A DNA stretch of 64,000 nucleotides, from assembly GCF_000143415.4 (NCBI RefSeq), contig NW_003314274.1, positions 686,806-750,805 on the forward strand. Direction: 5' to 3'. Shown here piece after piece: positions 13,728 through 25,955 of the stretch. A model generated the notes under the pieces. It had not been told where the DNA came from. It was given only the letters and a program-made list of their open reading frames with translations, and made no database searches. A program made the translations under genes and the position numbers. Every line of letters starts with the position of its first letter. Position 1 is the stretch's first letter. The stretch is from Selaginella moellendorffii (Eukaryota > Plantae > Lycopodiophyta).

Positions 13728-16262
13728 TTAGAGAGTGATCACCCAGCTGGGCGCATCACTTCGGCACCCAGCCAGCGTCCTGTACGCGTACAACTTCTCA
13801 ACCGGCTCGCTGCAATCCATGACAAGCTCTCCGCCACCTTTCTCGCCACCTTCGCCACCTTCAGCGTCACCTTGCTCGCGGATCACCTCGACGTTGAGCC
13901 TGGGCATCGCCCCCGCCAGCCAGCCGCAGCCGGCGAGGCTCACCCTGCAAGCCGACATCCACAAGAACCTCATGGACTCGTACTGGTGAAGCCCGGCGAG
14001 CAGCGCCGAGTCTCCGAACGGGCTGTCGCGGATCTCCAGCTTCCGGAGCCTCGGGCAGCCGCTGAGTACGTGCTGCATGGCCGCGTCCGACTCCCCGGCG
14101 AAGGCCACCGAGAGCGTCTCCAGCTTCTTGGCGTAGTGGCCGATGTACTCGAAGGCCCTGTCCGAGAGCCAGCCCGAGACGGCGAGGCGGGACAAGTTCT
14201 TGCAGTTCTTGACGATGGCGCCGAAGCCTTCGTCCATGGTCTCGCCGGTGATGTAGTCCCGCTGCCGGGGGGTGATGATGCACAGGCGGAAGCGAGTGAG
14301 CATCGGGCAATTGGTGGCGACGGTCTCGATGGCCTGGTTTGTGCACTGCTTGCAGAAGTAGAGCACGGAGGAGAGGTTTGGACAGCCCTGCGAGACGGCC
14401 ACCAGGCCAGCCTCGGTCACCGAGCCCTGGCCACCGTGATCGGTCGGGAAGACGCGGAGTTCCACCAGGTTCTTGCAGGTCTCGCCCACGGTTTGCAAGC
14501 CCCGGTCCTCGACGGAATCCAGAACCTGTCACACAAAAGTCTACTTATGAGTTTTCTGAATGGGACGAAGTTCCTGGTAGGATAACTTTGTCAAAAATGA
14601 GTGACAAAGTTCCTGGTAAGAAGAGTCAAGGAGAGGTGATACTGGTGGTAAGAAGCTTGCAAACTTTGTCAAGGATGAAGCATGGAAACTTAGTGGTAAG
14701 AAGATTAGAAGCTTTGTCAAAGAGGGAAGCTTGAAAACTTGTAATACTGTGCAAACTTTGTCAAGAATGAAGCGTGGAAACTTAGTGTGGTAAGAAGATT
14801 GGAAACTTTGTCAAGGAGAGGAGCTTGAGAATGGCATTGGCAACTTTGTCTTGGCGAGCAGCTTGGTAGAAGGAAGCTCGGAAGCTCCTGGAGGGAGGCT
14901 GTGTTCCTGCTGGAAGAGAAGAACAGGCTTGGAAGAGAGAAGCTTACCCAGAGAGTCTCGAGCTTGGGACAGCGCTGGATGAGCTTGGCAAACTCGGTGG
15001 CCCGGATGGTGGCGTAGCTCAAGTTGAGCGACAGGAGGTTCTGCGCCAGGGGATAGATCAGCGGGATGAAGATCGGCTCCACCATCCAGAAGCCCGAGAG
15101 GTGGCGGAGATCCTTGCAGTTTGAGAGCGCGGTGCGGAGCTCCACGTACTGCGACCAGTTTTGCATCTGCGAGTAAGTCCCGGTGCCGAGATCGGTGAGC
15201 TGCGGGGCCTTGACGAGGAGGCGCAGGAGCTGCTCCAGAGTGACGCCTTTGTTGAGATTGAGCTTCTTGAGGGAGCGGCAGCGCGAGACGAGCTTCTCCA
15301 GGCACTCAAAGTTGACATCGCTCTCCAGGCACGAGAAGTTTAGAGTGACGAGCGTGTTGCAGCTCTCCGGGAAGTAGCTTAGCCACTCTCCACCGCGGTC
15401 GTCTACCAGGCACTCCTGAAGGTCTAGCTCTTGCAAGTACCTGCGAGTATGACGAGCATAGCGGTCAGAAACCACCACCAAAGCTAGCTAGCCGCTCAAT
15501 CGTACGAAGTTCGAGAGCTCTACAGCTTTAGCTAGGAGAAAACTCGCTCGCTAGCCGTGCTAGAGACGTGCACGACTGTCAAACAATGATCTCTCGAGAG
15601 ACTTCTCAAAAAGAAAGAAGAAATGACTGTAAACTGATGATCTCTCGAAACACTTCTCACAAAGAAAGAATGAAACGAAGAGCTAGAGAGAGAAGAAGCT
15701 TGAGTTACCTGCAGTGGCTGGTGATGGCTGCAATGCCCTCGGTGCTAAAACCATCGCAGTTGACGAGGTTGAGAGCTCGAAAGTTTGGCAGCAACTGCGA
15801 GATCATGAAGAGGCTCTCGTCCGACACGGTCATGCGCTTGAGCCTGAGCGCTTCCAGCCACGGGTAGCTCTCCACGATGACGGGCATCCAGGGGTGGAAG
15901 AAGGCCCCCCAGTTTGGAGGAACCAAGCTAAAGTCGGCGAAGCGAGGCTTCCCCTTGAGAGTCATCGACTTGAGCCGTGGAAACCTCCGGGTGAGAATGT
16001 CTGGAGACACCGCGTAGCAATTCCCGATGAACACTGCTTCTCGGTTCCACCCCTCGGCCTTGTACCACGCCTTGCAAACCACGGACACGGCGTTTCGATC
16101 CTTGTGTCCCGTGACGAACTTTAAGACGTTCTCCAAGACTTCGTCTGGGAAAGTTGTAAGCCTCCCTTGTTCTTCCTCCTCCTCTCTTTCGTCCTCCTCT
16201 TTCTCTTGTTCGAGCTCCATGAAACTATCCTTGTGCAACACTACCTCGTCGTCCCGGATCAT
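13728..16262 (-). CDS. TIR1: TIR1/AFB auxin co-receptor F-box-LRR protein; exons 16262-15709, 15440-14948, 14525-13728
   Basis: Motifs FPDEVLENVL..DRNAVSVVCKAWY, LKGKPRFADFSLVP, VLYFCKQ, RFRLCII, LSVAFAGESD, KLEIRDSPFGD, YRTLAGCRSD. The 3-exon structure is canonical for the family. Confidence 0.96.
14655..14850. repeat. Tandem duplication (~92-bp period, two copies plus fragments) inside TIR1 intron 2
   Basis: The unit aaactttgtcaag.atgaagc.tggaaacttagtg..gtaagaagatt.gaa.ctttgtcaa.ga..g.agcttga occurs at ~14661 and ~14753. Confidence 0.85.
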
Positions 16263-17686
16263 CTCCTTCTCCCCTCAAACTTAGTAGCGACTACCACTTG
16301 TGTGACTATAACTCCAATTCTTCTTCGAGCACCTACACAGCAAAGACAGTTGCTGGTGTCAGTTCCTTTCCCCTCCCCACGGACGAAGGATGATTCCTCT
16401 CACAACTTTGCAGGCAAAAGAGAGCGAGCGTTTTTAAGTCCCTCCGGAACGAACAAACACAAAAGAAAGAGAAAAAAAGGAAGAACAAAATAAAACAACT
16501 TTAAAGAAGAATTCCAAGTCGCACACACACTTCATTCCACAGTGAGTGAGAGTACCTCTTCCGGAAGAAATAAGTGAAGGGAAAAAAGGGATGCATGGCC
16601 AAGAGGTTGGAGTGAACAAGACAATGCCACGACTCTCCCGTGAAGGGCCACCGAGGAACAATCAAGAGGGAGGAGACGTGGATAAGAAACTACGAGCAGC
16701 TATGGAGGAGCAACAGGGCAGTACAAGTCTAGAAATCCAAAGCAGAAAAAGCAAGCACGCACCAGCCAGCCAGCCAGCAAAGAAAAACGCAAAGAACAAG
16801 AGCACCAAAACAAGCAGCGAGCGTGCACTAGTACCACAGCGATGGAGTCTTTAGGCAAAGGGAAATCAAAGGTAAAATAAATAGCAAGGCTGAGGATGAC
16901 AGACCAGCAAAAAGAGCTCGCGGGAAAGACGAGACTAAACGAGAAATCTGGCGATGAGATCAATCAGAGAGCCGTGCTGACCGCTGCATTGTTGGTGAAA
17001 ATTAAAACTACTCTCAGAATTCAAGGGTGGTAGTAAAGAAAAACAATAAAAAAAAAGAAAAAAGAAGAAGAAGAAGACTACGAGGAAAAAACACCAAAAG
17101 CAAAAGCTGTAAAAATCAAGAGACGATTCTTTCGGCTCTCACTCGCTCAAGCTTTGCGTTGGATTTCCACGCACAGAGACAAGCAATCAAAGCGGTGGAG
17201 ACAAATAGACTTTTCCCTCGCTCATTGTCAGCCCTGTTGATACTGATGTGACCAAATATCTCTCACGTCTTATAGCCCCCACTCCTTGAGCAAGCACGCA
17301 AAAAAAGAAGAAAAAAAAGAGAAGAAAAAGAGAAACGCCATGTTCTTCAGTCGCAACTCTCAAAACCCAAGAAAAATAAACCCAAAACCAAACCCATCCG
17401 ATACCAGGGAGGAGAAGTCTTACCGCTTCAAGGACGGACAAATGCCACGGCTGGGCATTTTGCTGTTGGGCAGCCAGTACAGAGTGAAAAAGCTTCGTGT
17501 CACTGGAATGGGGGTCCAGCATCGCGCTTGTTCCTTCGCTTTGTAGCCTCTTTTACCACCACCATGGCCTTCAATCCCGGGAACCCAACACGGATAAGAT
17601 GAATCGGCCGCGAACCCACATCTCAGATTTGCGAGGAGGCAGCCTGTGCTTTCGATTCTTCCCTTGACACAGACTAGGGGAGAGGA

Positions 17687-17708
17687 GGAGAGAGAGAGAG
17701 AGAGAGAG
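17687..17708. repeat. (GA)n microsatellite upstream of TIR1 (a second one at ~18274-18290)
   Basis: Read directly from the sequence. Confidence 0.85.
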
Positions 17709-20700
17709 GAAACAAAGGGGAAAAGGAAGATAAAATGCTGCCCCCCAGAAATGTGTAAACTAAAGGCCCAGGAAAGGAAACATTGTATAAAATTTATATA
17801 TGTGAGATACTTTGGCTGGGCTTGCTTGCTTGCTTGCTTGCTCCTTTGTCTTGCTGGTTGTTTGCTTGGCTTGCTCTCCTATGGTCTCAAAGACATTGGG
17901 CTACTAAAACTAATCATTCATGTCAGCTCCTACTAGAGAGAAAAGGAGGAGGAACACAAATATTTTGTGGAGATGGCCCATGAGATTTTGGAGATGTACA
18001 GCTGCCTACTTGTTGGTTTGGTGCTGGCTCTTCTGTTCCCAGTTGAAACAACCAGACCGGGTTAGTGGAGAGAGAGCATAAACAAAACAGGCTAACTTGT
18101 TCTCATGTTGGCTTTGTCCTAAGTGGGCTGCTTTGCTTACATCTGTAACAAAGAATGTGTAAGTGAGTAGTAGTGATTACAGGAGGAAGGTGTGGAATCA
18201 AAGCAGATTGAGAAGGGCTTTTGTCAGAGGAATCCCAGGAGAAGACTGGTTCTCCCCCCTAATAAATAATGTTAGAGAGAGAGAGAGAGAGGATAGAGGT
18301 CATCTTTTGAGATAGAGAGAGAAAAAAAGAGGAATAGAGAAATGATGCCTTGCCAGATCCATCCAGTGCCTGCCCTGCCCTGTTTGGGGGCTATAACATG
18401 GAGTTTTTGATCATTTTCCAGGCCCAAACAAACAAAGCTCTGCTCACCAGCCAGGGAATGCAGAGACCCAACTCTTTTGTGTGTGAGAGAGACTCTGTGC
18501 ATGAGAGGGAGAGTTTGTGCGTAAACACCAAGGGAGACTGATTGCTCCCCCAAAGCTTCCAGCTTCGAAGTGTTTGTTAAGATTTTGGTGGGAATATCTT
18601 TCTCCTCTCTTTTGCTTGTTTCTAGGAGGAGAGGAGAGCGCAGAGGAGGTTGCTTCAGAATCTTTGACCAGCTAGGAAGAATAAATTCCTGCACCCAGAG
18701 GCCAAAAACAGATGACTCTCCTCTCCCAATGTCATTTGCACTCCAGGGCCAGCCAAGAGGGATGAAAGAACAAGGATGGAGGGAAAGATCTCAGCTCTTT
18801 GTGACTGTCAGTACCTCCTACCTAGGTACAGCCAAAGGGCAAGATTGCAATTGCCAAATGCCAGCCCACAAGAGAGATGAGGTGATGCATCAAGAAAAAA
18901 ATTTGGTTTTTTTTTCTTTATGAGTGCCACTTTTCTGGAGCTAGCCTGCCTCTGCTGCACTTCTGCCTGCCTTTTCTCTGCTGCACACAAGTCCCAGGAA
19001 GAGGCATTTGTGGTGCTGGTTATTTGTTAGGTGGTCTCTTGGCTTGGACCATGATTTCAGTTATTCTATCAACTAATTTTGTTTAGTGTCAAATTGGTTA
19101 ACATTTTCCTCTTCCACTTTACAGACAGGAGATTGCACAAATGATGAAACTAATTTTTACGAATCATTCCGTGGATCATGGGCAGACAAGGATACTTTTG
19201 TATTGTTTGCTGGTTTGCAGTTTTCTGTTCTGGATTTCACGGATAAACAAGAAATCTAGCAAAGTAAGCACATGAATATTGGCAGATACTTGAAGCTATG
19301 GACTTTCATAAAAGAAAAATATAAAATATAAATGTGTTGAAGTGGACAGTATATGTTTTGATTTTATAAAATTTATAAACAAAAGTGTATGGTCTAGTGG
19401 TTTATATCTCTTTCAGATATTATTGTAATTTACACTATAGTTTTTGTAGGCTCTAGGTTGTTAAATTTATCAATGATTATTTTATTAGATAATGATGCAA
19501 CTTTTTTATTGGAGCTTTTCAAAAAGTGAGGCATTAGAAAGAAAGTCTTGGAGCTCAAATATTCTTTGACTTTTAGTTTAAGAATTACAAATAGAAAATA
19601 GAAGATAGGTTTGGATGAGGGCTTGGGGACAATCGGTGTAGAGTGATGCAGTTGTACAGACTAGCTAGCTCACAACGCAAGAAGATTATTTTCGTGGCCA
19701 CTTTTGATACGCATTCTACCAGGTCAAACAGGCCAACCTTATCTACTTCGTGTTCCCGAGTTTTTCCGTTTTCTTTTATCTCCTTGAAGTGCTCACTAAA
19801 AAGATGGCTATAGGTGATGCTTCCTTGCTCCTTTGTTTGTTTGCTAGTTTGTTTCTATGGTACCTCTTAAAGGTAAAGGTCGGTGGTCTCATTTTTATGC
19901 TCGTTGTGGGCCAGTGTTCCTCTGTTGCATATGTTATATATATGTTGTAGAGTGGATGTGATGTTATTGTGTTGTGGTATGTGCGTTTACAATCTTAAAA
20001 ATGTAGTATTTCTATGGTGGAAAGATCTTGTACCTCATTGTAATTTTCTTCTCTCCTTCTTTCTAGATGGTGTCTCTTCACCTTCTGGGCAAGAGATGTC
20101 ATTGTCGTGTGAAATTGTTGGGAACTTAAGGATTGAAATCAAGGCCTCAAGCGTTGAAGAAAAAGAAGGGGAGAAGCGCATAAAGGAGTAACACTCTCTT
20201 ATACTTGCATGCGCAGTATGATTCTTTGTCTCGCTCTTTCCGAGCAGTCCTATGTAATGCAGGCATGTCAAGCTTGTACACAAGCGCTCTAGGAGATGCA
20301 ACAAGATCGTTTTCTTTGATATTCACGTCTTATTACTTTCTCTTTCCTTACCTTTTTTCTTTTTTGTCATGGAGAAGCCAAAGAGCTCTCTTTGTTGGTT
20401 GGCTTGTTTGATTGAGAACTTTGAAGGCAGCGCAAGTCTTCACATGTTAAGATCCATTGAAGGAGTCCAGATGAGTTTGAAAGTTGGACTTTGAAACCTC
20501 AGAAGCACATGGTTTTCTCCCTCTCTAGTGGAAAATCCTCTGCAGTGAGTTTGGTAGTAAATCCATCCAAAAGTCCGTGGATAAGGCTGATTGCCAAACA
20601 CCAGTTGGAGTATTTCTTTTCAGTTCATCCAGATAATCTCATTTCATAGTTCATTCCAGACAATCTCAACATGAGGATTAAATTGGTGGTGTTATGGAGA

Positions 20701-20784
20701 GATCTTCAGGAGTTTTATTGTGAAACCAAAAATAAACAAACCAAACCTTGCAACGCAAACCTTATTCTAATGCACTAAATCGCT

Positions 20785-21903
20785 TTAGGTGCATTTGTAG
20801 GCTTCAATAACAACTTGCAGGTCATTGGAAGAGGTGAGACTCAAGCTTATATTCGCAAATCCCTCTGAAGCTAGCAGTTCGTTCCATTCGTTTTCACTCC
20901 TCTCTTTTCCTCCAATTGCAGCTAGCATGAGAATGTCCATGTCAACTGGCCTTTCCTCGGCTGGGTCTAACACCTCCTCCACAACAACAAGCTTCCCATT
21001 TTCCGGAAGTGCCTTGTAGCAGTTTTGAAGAATTCGCTTGCAGTTTTTGTCGTTCCAGTTGTGAAGAACAGCCTACAGATTAGACACAATCTAATTATTT
21101 AAATTACAAATGCTTTAAGATTACGGTACCTTCATGAAAATAGCATCTCCAGAAGGAACACCTTTGAACATATCACCACCAACATGCTCAATTCCTGCAT
21201 TCGGAAAACACGAGTTGCAAGAACCACGATTGGAGTCATTTTCGTTACCTGGATATTGTGGAGCAGCCGCAACAACATCAGGAAGATCGAAGTTAATTCC
21301 CTTGAGATGTGGATAGTCTTGGACAATCTTGTGAACACAAGCGCCATGCCCGCCACCAACATCAACGATCACACCTTTGATACCCTCAAACGCTTTGCGA
21401 GCCTCCCTAGTCGCAGCTACCATGAAACGCTCAGACGTCTCCGAGATTGCCGCTCTAAACATCTTGCTGAAGCCCAAATTATGGCTTGCATACTGGTACA
21501 AGCTCTTGCCTTCATTTGCCACCTCAAACGCACTCTCGTGGGATCCTCCAAGGGCGAGCTTGTGGATCTCCGAGTAGGAAGCCACCATTGGCTGAGACGT
21601 CTGGAGCATGACCATTGCGTGGATGTTCTTGGAGGAGACAAGGGTGGACGAGAGATTGTTGTGGCTGAAGAAACCGCTGGGATCCTCGCAAAAGATCTTG
21701 TTCCTCACTAGAGATTGTAGGATCCTCCGCACAACGTCCGGGTTGGGGTCACTGGGATTGATCTTTGCGGCGATTTGATTGTAGTGGAGCGGGGATTCAC
21801 GACCCAGAATGTCTGGAATGCCCAAGCAGATGACCGCTTTGAGGAGAAATGGCGTGGTGATGGCGTTTGAGATGGAAGCCATTTCCAGATCATAGTCTTG
21901 CAT
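20785..21903 (-). CDS. Class II (COMT-like) SAM-dependent O-methyltransferase; exons 21903-21249, 21194-21130, 21072-20785
   Basis: Dimerisation domain LKAVICLGIPDIL, VDVGGGHG, GINFDLPDVV, HVGGDMF, spliced MK|AVLHNWND (catalytic His), GGKERS. A TATA element lies ~50 bp upstream. Confidence 0.92.
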
Positions 21904-22148
21904 GCTTGAAAATCTTGTGATATAGGAAGTGCTGGAACCAAATGCATGATATATATAGGCTCCATGAATGTCCTTCGCCACAGCGTCAGCATTATTGAAA
22001 TTTCACTTCTTCTAGAATCTTTAACAAAGTTTCCACAAGTTTTTGACTTGGGCATTGTAAAAGTTTGGTAGATTTAAAACGTAGGCACTGACTTCCTTTC
22101 CAAAGTATTGAATGAAATCATCGAGGAAAAAAAGCTCTCGGCTTCGTG

Positions 22149-24185
22149 ATGCAAAAATTCCAGAAATCGTCTTGTCACAGTAGAGATACATGCGCTGCGA
22201 TCGCTCACGAGTATCACTGGGGCAAAAACTCCGCCAAAATTTCCAATGTGGAGCTAAAGCTGAAGCAGCTTGTGGCAAAAACTCTTGGCTCCCGTCCCGT
22301 CACCCGAGTCTCGTACGGAAGCCTGCTCCAGGCGTGCGGTGAGGCAAAGATCCTGGCGTACGGAAGGGTTGTCCACGAGCACATGTCCGCCGCCAACATG
22401 GACACCGGCAGCATATTCCTGGGGAATCATCTCGTGCAAATGTACGGGAGGTGCGGCAGCGTGGACGAGGCCGCCGCTGCGTTCGAGAGAATGGGCAGGA
22501 GGAACGTTGTCTCGTGGAGTTTCGTCATCGCGGCATTTACCCAGAACGGGCATCACGGCCGAGCAATGCGATTCTTCCAAAGGATGCTCCAGGATGGATT
22601 CGAAGTGGACAGGATTCTGATTGTCACGGCGCTTGGGTCGTGCATGGATCTGAAAACCGGGAGAGAGATTCACGAGCTCGCCCTCGAGTGTGGATATGGA
22701 AACGAGACGGTCGTGTGTACGGCGCTGCTGGGCATGTACAGCCGGTGCGAGAGCCTGGGCGACGTCGAGACAGTGTTTCTTGGGCTCCAAGAGAAGGATG
22801 TTGTGTCCTGGAACGCGATGATCACGGCCTTTGTAGAACTCGGCAAGAAACAATCTGGAGTGAGCACAAAGGTGGTTTGGATGTTTCGAAGAATGCTGCT
22901 GGAAGGGATGAAGCCGAGCCGGGTGACATTCATATCCACTCTTGGAGCCGTGGAGAGCAAGGAAGAATGTGTGTGGCTTCATGAAATTATCCGACAGAGC
23001 GGGCAAGAGCACGACGAGTTTGTGGCAAACTCTCTCGTTACTGCGTATGGCAAGAAGAACAGCATTGTAAATGCTCGACAAGCGTTTGATGCTGCTTCAG
23101 ATGCCTGTGTTGGAACATGGAATGCTATGATCGCGGCATATGCCCATTGTGGGGACTTTGGAAAAGCTTTGGAGACCTTTATGTCTATGCTGGAAAGTAC
23201 CACTAAGCCAGATCAGATCAGTTTTGTGAATGTCCTGGAGGCGATCACTGGGCCAGAACTTTTAAAAGATGGCGAGTTTATACACAATAGTGTTGTAGAA
23301 AACGGGTTTGAGAAGGATGGGATAATTGGCAGTGCTTTGCTTGGCATGTACTCGAGGTGTGAGAACTTAGAGAAAGCTGAGGAGGTTTTTGCCAAGATTG
23401 GACGGCCTTATCACAGTGTCGTCGCATGGAACTCCATGCTTGCAACTTACACAGCGTTTGGGCGATGCAAAGAAGCCATCAAACTTTTCATGGACATGCA
23501 GCAAGACGGAAGCAAAGCTACCGAGGCAACGTTTGCAACGCTTCTCACTGCCTGCGCGGGCGCCTCCACTCTAGCTCAAGGCAAAATGGTGGTTTCGTGG
23601 ATCAACGAATGGCTTATGAGCCACACAATCAGTGCCTGTAGCTATCTCGTAATCCAGAATGCGACGATCAACATGTATGCAAAGTGTGGGAGCCTCGACC
23701 TCGCGCTCCAAACCTTCAATTCGATGCATCAGAGAGATGTTACATCGTGGAACTCCGTTTTGGGAACGCTTGCACGGCATGGCGTAGGCAAGGAAGCAGT
23801 CATCTTTCTCAAGAGGATGCACTTGGAAGGTGTGAGACCGGATGATATCACGTACACTCTCGTTCTCACTGCTTGCAGCCACCATGGGCTCTTCAAAGAT
23901 GGCCGAAAGTGTTACGAGTTTATGACCAAAGTTCATGGCTTGGAACCCACGCTTGTGCACTATGGCTGCATGGTTGATCTTCTGGGACGCGGAGGCTGGC
24001 TGGACGAAGCTGAGGATCTGATAAGAGAAATGCCAATGCCAGCGGATTCAACAGTGTGGATGGCGTTGCTTGGGGCATCAAGAATGCATGGCGATCTTGC
24101 CCGCGCAAAGCTGGCAATGAAGCATGTCTGTGAGCTTGAGCCTGATAATCCATCACCTTACCTTCTCATGTCAAATATCTCTTAG
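22149..24185 (+). CDS. PLS-class PPR protein ending in the E domain (no DYW), intronless
   Basis: PLS repeats and HYGCMVDLLGRGGWLDEAE...WMALLGAS...PYLLMSNIS*. Confidence 0.93.
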   Translation: MQKFQKSSCHSRDTCAAIAHEYHWGKNSAKISNVELKLKQLVAKTLGSRPVTRVSYGSLLQACGEAKILAYGRVVHEHMSAANMDTGSIFLGNHLVQMYGRCGSVDEAAAAFERMGRRNVVSWSFVIAAFTQNGHHGRAMRFFQRMLQDGFEVDRILIVTALGSCMDLKTGREIHELALECGYGNETVVCTALLGMYSRCESLGDVETVFLGLQEKDVVSWNAMITAFVELGKKQSGVSTKVVWMFRRMLLEGMKPSRVTFISTLGAVESKEECVWLHEIIRQSGQEHDEFVANSLVTAYGKKNSIVNARQAFDAASDACVGTWNAMIAAYAHCGDFGKALETFMSMLESTTKPDQISFVNVLEAITGPELLKDGEFIHNSVVENGFEKDGIIGSALLGMYSRCENLEKAEEVFAKIGRPYHSVVAWNSMLATYTAFGRCKEAIKLFMDMQQDGSKATEATFATLLTACAGASTLAQGKMVVSWINEWLMSHTISACSYLVIQNATINMYAKCGSLDLALQTFNSMHQRDVTSWNSVLGTLARHGVGKEAVIFLKRMHLEGVRPDDITYTLVLTACSHHGLFKDGRKCYEFMTKVHGLEPTLVHYGCMVDLLGRGGWLDEAEDLIREMPMPADSTVWMALLGASRMHGDLARAKLAMKHVCELEPDNPSPYLLMSNIS

Positions 24186-24371
24186 TTCTTGCGAGACTTG
24201 TATCCGTATAGTCTCATTTGTTTGAGCTCAACAATATGTCCCGTGTAATCTACAGTAACACTTCTAAAATTTGGAGGATTGTGGATTAGCATCTTTGAAA
24301 CCCATAGCCGGAAGTTGTCGTCACCCGGGAATCAACATATCGATATCCTGTTCAAGATAGATCTTCTTCAT

Positions 24372-25532
24372 ATGGCAGAAGAAGAAGATGACTTGATCTC
24401 AGGTCTCCCAGGTGAGCTAGTTCTTGTTCACGTTTTTGCTAGGCTGCCTTGGTACACTCGTCCAGTCTGCAGATCTGTTTCCAAACGATGGAAACAGATG
24501 ATGGATACCAGGAATCATCTTGTCGATCTTGCAACTCGCAGGTTTCAGCTTCCACTGCTCCAAGGTGTCGCTTTGGTGTGTTCTTCAGCTCCATCTAAGC
24601 CTCCAAGATCACACTCGTCTCACCATGAAAAGTACCCTGAAAAGATCTTCCTCATTCAGGACAAGGAAACCTTGCAGTGGCGAAGGCTTCCACCCGTATC
24701 TGGCTTTCAAAGCTATCAAGTTGGACAAGTCCGTGTGTACAAAGCAAGGCTTGTTGCAGGATGTGGAGCGGTCTATGCTTGGACAGTTGCCCCCACTCAA
24801 AGCTTTGGGGCTCCAGAAGGTAGCTTCATATTCAAACTGGACATTGGTCGGGGAGATTGGATCTGGAAGAGAGTCCCAGCTTCTCAAGTTAGTCGCTGGT
24901 CCGAGCCAGTGTTTTTCAATGGTAAGATCTACTCGCTACTACCAGGCTGCCAACCACGGCGGAGGATATGTTCTTGTTTCGAAGTCATGGAGTATGATCC
25001 CGAAACAGGCTCCTGCCATATGTCCAACAAATGGCCCTCCAAGAACGTTGGTGTGATCCTGAGCTCTTCTTCGCGACTGCAACAGCTCTATGGCGTAGTC
25101 CGCACGTTGGCCAACGGTCAACAGCTAATGGTCAACGAGGGCGGGTCGTGGCAGCTACATCGGGAGCTGCCTGCCCTGCCGGACGACCGGGTGTTCAAAT
25201 TTAAGCTGGTCAATGGCGACTGCTTCGAGCCTGCCGTGGAGGCCGGGGTCAACGTACTTGCCATCTTGCTCAGCCACCGGGATGCAGTGGTCTATTGGTT
25301 CAACACAGAAGTCAACGGGGCAAACTGGGTAGCAATCGAGCATCAGAGCCAACCTGGAAATGTGACACAATGTGTGGCTGTTCAAGGATCTTTATATGCA
25401 ATTTCAAGGAATTTTCCAAGGCTTCATTATAAATTGTGGAAGGGGACCATCAATGTGGCAGAGAGGCTTCTTATTTGGGAGCAAAGGCAAAGGCTCCAAG
25501 TTTCATTGTCTTGCTTCACTTTGATGGCATGA
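24372..25532 (+). CDS. F-box protein with divergent kelch-like C-terminus
   Basis: F-box LISGLPGELVLVHVFARLP..CRSVSKRW, plus kelch-like fragments WRRLPPV, FNGKIY, EYDPETG. Confidence 0.85.
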   Translation: MAEEEDDLISGLPGELVLVHVFARLPWYTRPVCRSVSKRWKQMMDTRNHLVDLATRRFQLPLLQGVALVCSSAPSKPPRSHSSHHEKYPEKIFLIQDKETLQWRRLPPVSGFQSYQVGQVRVYKARLVAGCGAVYAWTVAPTQSFGAPEGSFIFKLDIGRGDWIWKRVPASQVSRWSEPVFFNGKIYSLLPGCQPRRRICSCFEVMEYDPETGSCHMSNKWPSKNVGVILSSSSRLQQLYGVVRTLANGQQLMVNEGGSWQLHRELPALPDDRVFKFKLVNGDCFEPAVEAGVNVLAILLSHRDAVVYWFNTEVNGANWVAIEHQSQPGNVTQCVAVQGSLYAISRNFPRLHYKLWKGTINVAERLLIWEQRQRLQVSLSCFTLMA

Positions 25533-25955
25533 AATAGCTTCCAGTATATCCATCTTGAAGATTTTAGAATTAAATAAAATAATAATTTGCATGTAGTAAC
25601 GTTTAGTTTTTTTAATAGTAGATCAAATAAAGTTTATAATTATAAGCATGTTTGTAATTTATAAACACATAATAAATTTTATTGCATATCAACTATTAGA
25701 CGGTAGAATAAAATAAAATATACTAGAACGTGTTTTAAAAAGTTTATAAATTAGAAATATAAAATTAATTTAAATGAATAAAAATGGTTAGATGATAGAA
25801 TATCCTAAATATTCAAGTATATTTTAGATATAGTCAATCCCAGATTTGCTTAAGCAAACCAAAATATTGTGTTTGTTAGAATGTTCTTTTATCCTTAGAG
25901 AACAGTTTCGATCATTTAAACCCTTACGCGTTTAAACCCTTTAGGGCTTTTTGGG

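Noticed and set aside
18420-19010. Partial miR408-like words (gccagggaatgcag, ccaggaagaggca)
   Set aside because: The matches are incomplete and there is no foldback hairpin.
19800-20700. Possible degenerate spliced gene on the plus strand
   Set aside because: Splice-like signals are present, but no coherent ORF or recognisable domain.
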